Source: Haplodiscus bocki
Lineage: Eukaryota
Assembly (NCBI GenBank): GCA_965655095.1
Contig: OZ296652.1
Coordinates: 103,664,001 to 103,728,000 of the forward strand
Length of the DNA stretch: 64,000 bases
Direction: 5' to 3'
Position numbers and translations under genes: made by a program. Below are positions 13,001-24,000 of the stretch, in pieces (positions within the stretch are counted from its first letter, which is position 1; each line of letters starts with the position of its first letter). The notes under the pieces were generated by a model. That model had not been told where the DNA came from, searched no databases, and saw nothing but the letters and a program-made list of their open reading frames with translations.

Positions 13001-14284
13001 CACACTACGACGGGGATAGCTGGCCTGTGTTTCGCCCACGCTGGTGTCACTGGTGTCAAGAACTTGTGGACCAGAAGGTGCAACACCTTGTCCCAAATGA
13101 GGGAGAACAGCATCTTTTTCTGTGAACAGGAACATTACAGTGAACAGAGGAAAACTATGAAAGCTATGAAATACGTAGTAAATAACTTACTCCCCATCAA
13201 CGGATCCAACATTTGTGCTGTCTCGTCAGCACAAACTGGATAGCACATCGTCAGATATCCTGTGGCGTTAATTGGAGCAAATGCAGAATCAACGGGAAAA
13301 TGGTCTAAATAAATTGAAAGAAATCAGGCGCCCCCAAGGAACCAAACTTAAAGTATCCTCAATCTTAATTAAACTCCCGGCTTCCAATTTCAGCTGGCTT
13401 GGCTGCTGACTCGATGCAGCAACAAAACGACGTGTGATGACAGCACGTTTTTGTCTCCTCCTTTGCCTCATTTCTGCTTCTGTTGAAACATCGCCAGCCC
13501 CGGAGAAACATGAACCATCACCAGCTGGACCTGCAAAAGAGCCAAATAAAACAACTGGTCCCTAATTTGCCAACACGAAGCACAATAATGCTACATACTT
13601 GACGAAATTTCCATGGGAGCAGCTGTCGAAGCGCTAACAGCCTCCTCATTGGACGTAGGGTGTCCCACCACAAATTTGGATCCAGAACTGCATAGAAGAT
13701 CACACATTGTCTCCTCAGGGCGAAAAGCAGGCTCTCCGGAAGAATCAAACACTAAAATACAAAAACCCCATGATGCCATCTTCATGTATAACCGCACGCT
13801 GAATACTAGCTTATGGAAAAGATGAGTGGCCACCATATTATTCCTACAAATAAAGTTAATGGAAAATGAAAAATGAAGAATAACACAATGGCAAATCAGG
13901 AGTATCAACACACCCTCCAGCAAAGTCTCTGTCAAAAATTCTTCACGTTGCAGAATGTCCGCAAATGTTAATCCTTTTGATTCACCTCTAGTATCTCTTT
14001 CCATGCCACCCATGATGACCACCAAACTGTCTCTTTCGCTTGCTTCTTCGACTCAACCATCACTCGCTTCAACCTCCTCCAACGCTCTCCTCACACACTC
14101 TTCTCCCTCTATGACGACAACATTTGAATGGGGGACAAAGTGGGAACTGGGGACCAGACTACTCGCAGAAACATCCTCATTAATTGCAAGTTCTCGCTCG
14201 TCACCGGCTACAATCCCAGCAAAAGGGGAAGTGATCCCTACCTCTTTTCCCGTCGAACTCATTATTTCGAGTAATGAATGACAT
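10028..14284 (-). pseudogene. antisense multi-exon gene inside the retrotransposon; C2H2/BED-like Zn finger plus hAT-transposase-like body (decayed)
   Basis: Minus-strand ORF fragments joined by short GT-AG introns (10752-10821, 11427-11477, 12401-12467, 13120-13190, 13531-13598). Motifs CRICRKDVSLLTHGAHEILRHFQGVKH, CSIEFEERNSEIWVMVRTW and VFQLTAFIIRGPVTSSEKF. The 5' exons are approximate. Confidence 0.7.
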
Positions 14285-14649
14285 GGCTAAAAAGCTATTA
14301 CATGGTGGATTTACATATTTTTTCATTGAAATTCCTAATTAGCTAAATTTTAAGTCTGATTACTTTGTCTGCCAGCAATGACGTCAGCATGCGTTTTCAA
14401 GGATACATTGAGGAACGATACTCAAGTGTTCCCTAAATTAAAAATCTCCAATTTTCATATTTCTTTACATCCCATTAACATCAATTTCACTCTTTACTTC
14501 CTAACCACATCAACACTGACCCGGAACGCGGAAGCATCAAAAGAAATCTCGACTGATGAAAAGCCAAATAAAGTACCCACAATACCAATCACTTTCCTAG
14601 AGTCAATTCATACTAATCAGCTGCATTTTCTCCATCATTAGAATTGAAG

Positions 14650-15317
14650 ATGTTTCGACCAATTTCGCGGGAACCCAATGATTCTGATTTATTTTATGTG
14701 GAACAATCGTCAAATGAACCAAGTCCACCCAGACCCAATACGCTGATTGTCCTCAACTCCACAGAGATGTCAGGCAACAATACCCGGGAAGTGATAACAT
14801 TATCATCCATTGAATCGCCTGGACAACAAATCGTTACAATCGACTCTGCTTCGAACGAACCAACGATGCCAAATCGATTTGGACGACAGCTATCGATTAT
14901 TCTACCAAGCCTCAACTATCTGAACCTGTTGCCTAATGCATTCAATATACTGGCAACAATGGTGGTAGCAAAACCTACAGCAGAAGGACATGACAAAAAC
15001 TACAGCTCCCAATCACGGGAACCGTCGGAACCGTCATTGATTTCGACGCCCCGATGAACCTCAGCACAATTGAGGGATGGGAGGCACCATGTACGACGAC
15101 GGATGATAATACATTCTACTCCGATGATGAACCCAGGAGAATTTATTTTCTACCCTCAAGTCCTTCCCCACCGCCGCCACTCCGAAAACTGAAAAGAAAA
15201 CTGAGCCTTGTAATGTCCTTCCCAAAAAGAGGGGGAGTGTTGCAGCACATCTGCGAGGTTTGTGGACAGTCGCTCCCTGAGCCAAAGGACATACCAAGCT
15301 TGTCGTCAACAAACTAA
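14650..15317 (+). pseudogene. accessory sense ORF (~220 aa, one frameshift near 15054), Ser/Pro-rich with SIM-like motifs and a basic NLS-like stretch; overlaps PPT and U3
   Basis: ORF-track pieces 14644-15057 and 15054-15317 abut. The C-terminus HICEVCGQSLPEPKDIPSLSSTN* is conserved in frame at the start of the LTRs at 3092 and 61179. Confidence 0.6.
15224..15237 (+). promoter_or_regulatory. polypurine tract
   Basis: AAAAAGAGGGGGAG directly before the TG start of the 3' LTR. Confidence 0.85.
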
Positions 15318-15481
15318 AAACTCAAGACTGAAAACTTCATGCAAATATATTACATTATTTTCATCATTTGTACATAAACGATACGTGGTAGTTACGTATC
15401 AGCCCCCAGCACATTTATTTAATTCATATAAATGATACGTAGTGGTTACGTATCGTTCCATAATAGTCACTCCATGAAAAA
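15238..15481 (+). repeat. 3' LTR, truncated (~240 bp)
   Basis: Matches 3092-~3335 (roughly 85-90% identity by eye). Similarity stops after ...CACTCCATGAAAAA. Confidence 0.88.
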
Positions 15482-16817
15482 GGAAATTTTGTTCCGGGTG
15501 CGCATCTCCTCATGAAAAAATGAAAACGTTCTTTTTTCGGAACTTGAAAAATTGTGAGGTTACAGCTTTGTCGGAAAAAACTGATCCTATTTACAGATTT
15601 TGGGACAGTTTTATCCCAATTGGGATGGGTGAAGCATCGCCACTGGATCGATGGTTAGAGTTTGAGGATTTAGATTTCAGAACAAACGCAGTCACACTGA
15701 GATTTTTTGAGAAAACTTTTGGCACCTCGTTAAATAAAAAAAATGTTTGGAGCACACAGTAACTGACAAAAATTCGATTTTGTTCAGCTCATTGAAAACT
15801 TGAAAAGTTTGGAACTTTGAAGTAGAGAGGCGAGACGCCACAGAAGCAAGATTTATCGTACTATTCTTGTAGAACGATTTTTAAAGTTAGAAAGTATCTA
15901 AAGACATTGCGATTAAATTTTACGCCTGGGAAGGCATTAAATTGGTGTTTTTCAGTCTTGATCATTAAAGATTTGATTTTTTTTCTCAAAAAAGGGTTGA
16001 GATAGATGAGATATGGTTTTGATGAAAATGAAAATGGAATCAACTCCAAACAAAATGCTGGTTTTTAGGAAGTTTCTTTCGGAAACCTCCAACAGACACA
16101 TTAAAGTACCACATAAAACTAAAAACGGTTCAAAACTACTCGTTTAGTAATTCTCGGGCAAGATTATGGTAGAATGAAAGCTCAAGTGATTAAATGAAGT
16201 ATGTACCGATTTTAGCAAGGTGAAATAAAACGCCTCTCTTTTGTTTTCCCAAGTAAATTGGTAAAGAAGAAACCTGGATAGTCCTCCTATACTTCGCAAA
16301 GCATATACAATGGTCTTTTTGTGTCAAGTTTGAAGATCAAAAGAAATCACTAGCAAACTGAGTTGAGATAACAAATGACCTTTGAGACAACAATACAAAG
16401 CAATATCAGGAAAAAAGTGCTTTTCGTGAAAAAAATGGTTCAGATTAAAACTGGGAGATGATCATGTAAAGTCAATAGAGGCCATCGTAGATCGAATAGC
16501 AGCATTGTCCGAGCGAGATTAAAATAGAATATCGGAGATATCGGAGATCGAAATGATTCGTTCTGACAGCAGAAAAGATCAAAGTTGGTCGTTTTGAAGT
16601 GAACAAGGCCGTTAAAGAAGAATATATTTTTGTCCTCCCCTCCCGTCGAATATTCAAAGAATTTTTAATTAATCTTTGTATCATACCTCACAAAGCTCAC
16701 AACAGGTCTTTCTTGTCTTCACCAAGCGAGATTTCAGTCCAACGAAAGTTGAGTTGACATCACAAGTCATTTTGACTAAGAAAGCTGGAAAAGCTTCTGA
16801 GGGACAACTTTAGTTTC

Positions 16818-18868
16818 GGTGATGCGACAATTCGGACCAAATACCAATCCGGACCAGAGACAGATTCGGACCAAAAACAAATTCGGCCCAAAATTTTAAT
16901 TACCTCTAATTAGTGGTAATTAGCAGCGTTTATAAAATCTTTGAGAATCGTAGATCATCATAGTAATTATCGCCAATTAGAAGTGTGAATGAATACAAAC
17001 AAAAATATTACACAGGCAATTTGATCTTGTAAATTTCAAAATTTTGGCATTTCGCAATGCCTTGAAATCTACCAAAAATTTCCGTTTCCCAATTTTGTGT
17101 CAAAATGCGCTAAAGGGGGGCAGGACAAAAGAGCCGATTTTAAATGAGACAAAATCGCCGATTCTGGAAACGGGACAAAACCGCCAATTCCGAAAATGAG
17201 ACAATACCGTCGATTCCGAAAATGAGACAAAACCGCCCATTCCGAAAATGAGACAAAACCGCCGATCCCGAAAATGAGACAAAACCGCCGATTTTGTTAA
17301 AAAGAACAAATTGCTATCAAAATTGTTTCACTGATAAAAGCTTCTTGGCCTAATTATCGATAATTAGCAATTATATTACCAATTACTATTAGAAAATGAG
17401 ATACCACGAACTTAATTCAATTTTCTTCACTTTTTGCGGCTAATAAATTTTCGAGAATGCCAACACCAAAGATTTTATTGATACCCTCGCTTCCATTTAA
17501 CCTAAATTTGTGGTACCCACCTCCTATCTTCTGTGTACCGAACTCCTCTGAATAATTAAAATTTGGATCTCTTCTGTTAATCTGTTAATTAGATGACAGA
17601 AAATTTAGTTTTGCAGATATTGGGATTATCAATTTTCATAATTTTTTGTTCGTGACCCTCCAGAATTTAACTTGGCTTTTCATGAAAACTTAAATTTTGG
17701 TCGAAATTTTTTTGACTTTGGTATTTTGCGCTTAGTAATTTTGGGTTTGGTATTTTGGTGTATAACCATTTCATTAGTATAGTAGTATTTTAATTGCTAT
17801 TTATCCGTAATTAGGCCAAGACGCTTTTATCTTGAACAACTTTTATCTTAGCAAAGACTAGCGATCTGTATTATTATGGATCGGCGATTTTGTCCCACTT
17901 TAAAATCGGCGGTTTTGTCTCATTATCAAAATCGGCGATTTTGTCCCGTTTTCAAAATCGGCTGTTTCGTCCCACTCTAAAATCGGCGGTTTTGTCTCGC
18001 ATCCGCGCTAAAGACAAATTAAAACAAGATGCCTGGCTACCGCTACCACACGAATTTTTTTCTAACTTTGTTAAAAGTGCGTTTTAGATGAAAAATGAAT
18101 TCTATTTGGAAATTAGAAATTTCTAATTGGAAAGATTTTGGAAAAAGCAAGATTGCGTCCAGAAAAGCGTTTCGAAGCAAATGCACTTTATTTTTTCAAA
18201 CTTTAATTTTTCAAAATTGCCCTGAAAAGACTCTAATATCTTACTTTTTCTAATTTTGCCGAAATGCATTAAAGACAAAAAATTCGTTAAAAGTGCATTT
18301 TAGAAAAAATGGATTCCACAGAATTTTTGTTACTTCTTCCCACATAGAAAGAGAAACTTTCTAGAATCGTGCAGTTGACAATTTTACGTTAAAAAACGCA
18401 TGTGGCGAGTGAATTATTTTTCTTCTATGTTGAACTATGGGCGGAAAATACTAATCCTCAACATCGTCATACCCCCCTTTGCAATTTCAAAAATAAAATT
18501 CTCAGAAACTTTATATAGGACAAAAATCCTCCACGAGCCTTTTGAGACTTATGGGCAGGACCAATTCTGGCCGTTTTCAGTTTGTTGCTTCAAAAGTTTT
18601 TCTGGAGTTCTAGCTTTTGAGATATTTACTGCCGTATCTACCGCGCCCCAAGAACAAAGCAAACGCCGCCCGGTTAATTTATATCAGAAGTGTTTGCAAA
18701 ATTGGTGTACTTACAGAAAATAAATTGAGTTAAGCTATATACTAATTAAGTAATTAAGTTAATTAGCGAAATAATTTGGGCCGAATTTCAAAATTGGGTC
18801 CGAAATTGTCTTTGGTCCGAATCTGGGTTTTCGGCCAATTCGTTTTTGGTCCGAATTGTCGTAGAGCC
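16818..18868. mobile_element. non-autonomous foldback/Mutator-like DNA transposon (outer)
   Basis: 9-bp TSD TTTAGTTTC (16809-16817 and 18869-18877). TIRs GG..GCGACAATTCGGACCAAA / TTTGGTCCGAATTGTCG..CC built from TTCGGACC subterminal repeats. Confidence 0.85.
17116..18004. mobile_element. non-autonomous foldback/Mutator-like DNA transposon nested in the outer element
   Basis: 9-bp TSD GCGCTAAAG (17107-17115 and 18005-18013). Arms of GAGACAAAACCGCCGATT tandem units are inverted at the right end. A further inner inverted segment lies at ~17333-17372 vs ~17793-17831. Confidence 0.85.
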
Positions 18869-20935
18869 TTTAGTTTCCAATACGTTCCCGAATAAACTTC
18901 CAAGGAAATAACTGAATGCCACAGATAATTAATGTGTGATCAAAACTATTTGTTGCCTAATTACGCCAACACACTCCAGTCTGATTAATTCTTCAGACAG
19001 CAAGACGCAGTGCTTTCATATGAGCAAGTCAGTAGCAAACCTTGCATTTTCTCTTGTTTTCGGATGACAACTGGATCACCTATCGTACGTCCCAAAGCTT
19101 GCAAGTGCCTTGCAGTGTCATGCTCACGCAAAAAGTGTCCGTTTCAAGCCGATATGAGATCAAACACGGTTTTGAAGGATACAGATTTCAATTCAAATTC
19201 GTTTTTGAAAGAAAAGATTTTTGCCGATATTTCTTCCATTGAGCTTCCTACAATTGGAAGTTCATCGCCAGATATACCTTACATGAGATCATGATTTTTA
19301 CTTTTGGATTGAATAAGTCAACGTGAGCTGCATTCAACGCTCGTCTGTGTTTTTACAAGTTTATAAAATAGGCAAATTTGTGGTATATCGAGCAATATTT
19401 TCTGCTTTTTCCAGTAAAAAAAGTATCGAAAAATACTTGCGTTGTCTATGTTAGGTCGAACACTTTGCAATCGCTTCTTTTTCCAGTCCCGAATGCGAGT
19501 TCAGTTGAGTTGTTGAAAATTTAATCAGTATGGCATGCGGTTGAGAAACTGCAAAAAACAGAAGCAAATTTTGGAGAAAAGGAATTTTCCAAAGCTTTTA
19601 GGAAAGTTCCACTAAAGTTTTTTCTATTAAAACCAACTGCAAAAACGTTGAGTTTTTCAAAATAAAAATTTCCGAATTAAGAAAAAAAACATTTTAAATC
19701 TATTTTTGTTGAAAAATTCTTTTCGCCAGTGTAAAATTTTCGGATGATGGCGAAAAAATTTTGTTCCTGAAAACGAAGATGTTTTTGAGAAACGTATCAC
19801 GAATCCTACTCACAAGCAAAATGAAGCGCGGATCACGTGATATGTTATGACGCAGAACACGTGTGAGAGCACTGAGGAAGTTATAAGCAAAATAGCGGAG
19901 AAGAAATGCAACTACTGGTTTGAATATTTTGCTTCGCATGACGAAAAATATTGAATTGGCCAAAAAATTATGAATACACTAGCGATTGATATTGCACGAT
20001 TGTGTACTACGCCTATTTGACATCCACAGATTATTAATTCTTTGAGAGTGAATGTTTCTAAAAGTCGATTGCTCTGTGTTAGAACGTTATGTTTGAATTT
20101 TTTTCGCCACTAGGAATCTGAAAAGCGAGGTTTGCATTAAAAAATGCTAAAAATTGTTGCAAGTGACCACAAACAGTGCTCTGGCTCATATTAAAGTTTG
20201 TGCTGTGAGTCAGCCATTGCTTGAGGGCCCCTTACTTGGTCTGGCTGATCTAACGAGTAATCTTTTCCCCTGTGGTCCCCTAAGATCATCAGTTTTTTTG
20301 ACCCGTCTCGTTTGCAACCCAGACGAATAAATCTAAAGTGATGAAAGGAAACTGTCTTTTATTGGCACCGTTTGAACTCACAAATGAAGAGTTGTTCTAG
20401 AGAGAAGTCTTTGTTCGAACAGTAGACAGCGCAAAATTTCATCCTGACTTCCACCAAACAATCATCAGTCGAAAACGTTTTAAAAAAATTATAACGCCAC
20501 CTTTTTCGGAAGTTGCGAAAGTAGAAGGTAGAACCTTACATCGAGAGTTCAACATTCAAAGATACCTTTTCCTCAAAAGTAACGTTCGTTTCTGAAACAC
20601 TCTTTATGCAGGCATCATTTTTCCCATTCGACCCATCCTTCTAATGTCAGTCAAAGTGATTTTGAATTTGAGCACATTCAATTTGAAAGAGCTACTTAGT
20701 ATTTCGGAGTTTTTAATTGCTAAAAATTCATTGTTGAAAATCAACAAGTTTCATGAACCAGTGATTCATAGACGCGTTGCTGATTAGTTTGATACATTGC
20801 GCTTGATACTCAAGGATCCAGAAAGGATCCAATTCATCAACTTGGTAAAAACATCGCCATCACAAACGATTGAAGAGACTTTTTCCTAAACTGAACTGTT
20901 AATAAACTATTATTAACTTCTTTAACCTTTTCTAG

Positions 20936-21005
20936 TTCTTGTGCAGATGGAAAACTTAACTGCGATGTGAAAGAATGTATCGACGATGACGGAAGCAAGA
21001 AGAAG
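20936..21005 (+). CDS. mucin exon (SCADGKLNCDVKECIDDDGSKKK)
   Basis: TCTAG acceptor, GTCAGT donor. 70 bp; same length, phase and motif as the exon at 39675-39744. Confidence 0.85.
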
Positions 21006-24000
21006 GTCAGTCAAAAAATAAAAAGTCTGTACTCACCAAGTGAAATCTTGACGTTAATTGATTAAGCGAGCAAAAATTAACTGGTTGATTAGTTAACCGA
21101 ACTCACATTGATTCTACCAAAACCAGCTTGATAATTGATGGAAAAAACATAGCATTTGAATTTTTGGGATGAAATAAAAACGATAGTTTTGACAGTCTGA
21201 GAGAGCAACATCATTTCTAGTAGAAAATATCCTCCTAGTAGCTTAATGGCACCTCAAAACAATTTAGGTTTTCGAGACCTGCCCTGGCACTGAAAACAAC
21301 TTTTCTCGTGACAGCACAGCTTTCTTTAAAATAGATGCAATAATGTCGTTAAGCGGTCATATTATTTTAACCTGTAAACCGGGTCAATCTCTGCGCCAAT
21401 ATTTTTAAATTCAATTAATAAGCAGAACCACATACTTTAAGGAAGAGCGCCATTACAACTGGAAAAATCGGCTTTATTTTTGTTTTTCTTTCACTTAATC
21501 GACAGCGTGCGACTACAAAATTTTGAACTTTTAAACCCAAAAAAAACAAATTCTTGAGCAACTATTGATTCGAAAAAGCACCAATGATTAAATATTACAA
21601 CGCGGTTGTTTCAACGACCGAATGAAGTTTGTATACATGGGACTGTCACTTTCGTACAATCTTTCCGGATGACTTATCCAGATGAAGATCCAGACGAAGA
21701 TTCAGAAAAGTGGATAGTTGAAGTTGTTTGCAGATTTTTACATATTAGGTCCTAGAAATATAATAAGATTATTCTAAACGTAAGTTAATCAAAAAATTTA
21801 GTGCACGAACGAAAGGAAGCAACTAGATTAGTAGATGAGCATTTTAAAAAAAGCTAGAGAGCGAGAGTTCTGTTGATAGGGACTTGACATCCCTGTATTA
21901 TAACAAACTGCCCAATTGAAACAATTTTTAAATCTACGAAATCAAAAACACTGTCGCATTTGAAAAAAGTAGTCTTCGATTAAATCAGAGGTTCTAAAAA
22001 TTTTTATATGCGTATCTGGAAAAGCTCATTGTTTTAATCTAAATAGCTATACTATCACGGTGAAAAACAAGACGAAAAAACTATGTCTCTAAACCTGATA
22101 TTCGTTTTTTCCTGCCTCGAGCTCTCACGTTTCCAGAAATAAATCACCACCTGAATAAAGTTTTCTGATAATTAGATTCGCAAATTAAATGAATAAAAAC
22201 TGAAGTTTTCCAATATTTGAAAAAATTCGTGCGGTTTGCAGTCCTTGAAATAATTCTCAAAGAGTAGTTTCTGGGGCTGAAAAAAAGTCTGTAAAAAAAG
22301 AATGAAATGAATTGGAATCAGTACCTCGTCCTAGACCAATTTGAACTTCTGCTAAGTGAAAAACAAAGATTCAGGAAACGCATCAAAAACAGCAGAAAAC
22401 AAGATTTTTTCACAAATACGTCATATGTTACAGCCGGGCGACAGATGGGACGATCCGAAAGACTCGTGCAAAGAAAAACAATGTGATTCGAATGGTAACA
22501 TAGTGACCTTCAACAAAGAGACACCACAGTGTCAAACGACAACACAAGGCGTACCAACTCCATCAACTCCAGGTGTACCTACTCCATCGACTACAGGAGT
22601 CCCTACTCCATCAACCCCAGGCGTACTCACTCCATCAACACCAGGTGTACCAACTTCATCAACACCAGGCGTACCAACGCCATCAACTCCAGGCGTGCCT
22701 ACTCCATCAACACCAGGAGTGCCTACTCAATCAACTCCAGGCGTGCCTACTCCATCAACACCAGGAGTACCCACTCCATCAACATCAGGCGTACCAACTC
22801 CATCAACTCCAGGCGTGCCTACTCCATCAACACAAGGAGTACCAACTCCATCAACACCAGGCGTACCAACGCCATCAACTCCAGGCGTGCCTACTCCATC
22901 AACACCAGGAGTGCCTACTCCATCAACTCCAGGCGTGCCTACTCCATCAACACCAGGAATACCCACTCCATCAACAAGGGGCGTACCCACTCCGTCAACA
23001 CCAGGCGTACCCACTCCATCAACACCAGGTGTACCTACACCATCAACACCAGGCGTACCAACTCCATCAACTCCAGGCGTCCCAACTCCATCAACACCAG
23101 GTGTTCCAACTCCATCAACACCAGGCGTACCGACTCCATCAACACCAGGCGTGCCTACTCAGTCAACACCAGGAGTGATTACTCCATCAACTCCAGGCGT
23201 GCCTACTCCATCAACACCAGGTGTACCTACACCATCAACTCCAGGTATACCAACTCCATCAACACCAGGCGTACCAACTCCATCAACTCCAGGCGTGCCT
23301 ACTCCCTCAACACCAGGAGTGCCTAGTCCATCAACTCCAGGCGTGCCTACTCCATCAACACCAGGAGTACCCACTCCATCAACACCAGGCGTACCAACTC
23401 CATCAACTCCAGGCGTGCCTACTCCATCAACTCCAGGCGTACCAACTCCATCAACACCAGGTGTACCAACTCCATCAACACCAGGCGTACCAACTCCATC
23501 AACTCCAGGCGTACCATTTCAATCAACTCCAGGCGTGCCTACTCCATCAACACCAGGAATACCCACTCCATCAACACCAGGAGTTCCAACTCCATCAACT
23601 CCAGGCGTGCCTACTCCATCAACACCAGGAGTGCCTAGTCCATCAACTCCAGGCGTGCCTACTCCATCAACACCAGGCGTACCAACTCCATCAACTCCAG
23701 GCGTACCAACTCAATCAACTCCAGGCGTGCCTACTCCATCAACACCAGGAATACCCACTCCATCAACACCAGGCGTACCCACTCTGTCAACACCAGGCGT
23801 ACCCACTCCATCAACACCAGGTGTACCTACACCATCAACACCAGGCGTACCAACTCCATCAACTCCAGGCGTACCAACTCCATCAACACCAGGTGTACCA
23901 ACTCCATCAACACCAGGCGTACCAACGCCATCAACTCCAGGCGTGCCTACTCCATCAACAACAGGAGTGATTACTCCATCAACTCCAGGCGTGCCTACTC

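Larger units (their letters stand above)
3092..15481 (+). mobile_element. Ty3/Gypsy-type LTR retrotransposon, decayed (RT deleted, 3' LTR truncated), with accessory region
   Basis: 5' LTR begins TGTCGCAG at 3092. The homologous sequence restarts at 15238 right after a polypurine tract. Internal order is gag, protease, RNase H, integrase (Gypsy order), with many stops and frameshifts. Confidence 0.92.

Noticed and set aside
10028-14284. env gene as the identity of the extra region
   Set aside because: Antisense, intron-containing, no clear signal peptide/furin site/TM arrangement; it has a nuclear-type Zn finger instead.
16100-19330. Decayed minus-strand ORF split by the foldback insertion
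   Set aside because: Rejoined flanks give only short frames with many stops and no recognisable motif.
22356-22433. N-terminus of the 1220-aa single-exon ORF in the track
   Set aside because: Non-ATG start and no signal peptide; it lies upstream of the acceptor at 22433 that matches the paralogous exon, so it is intronic.
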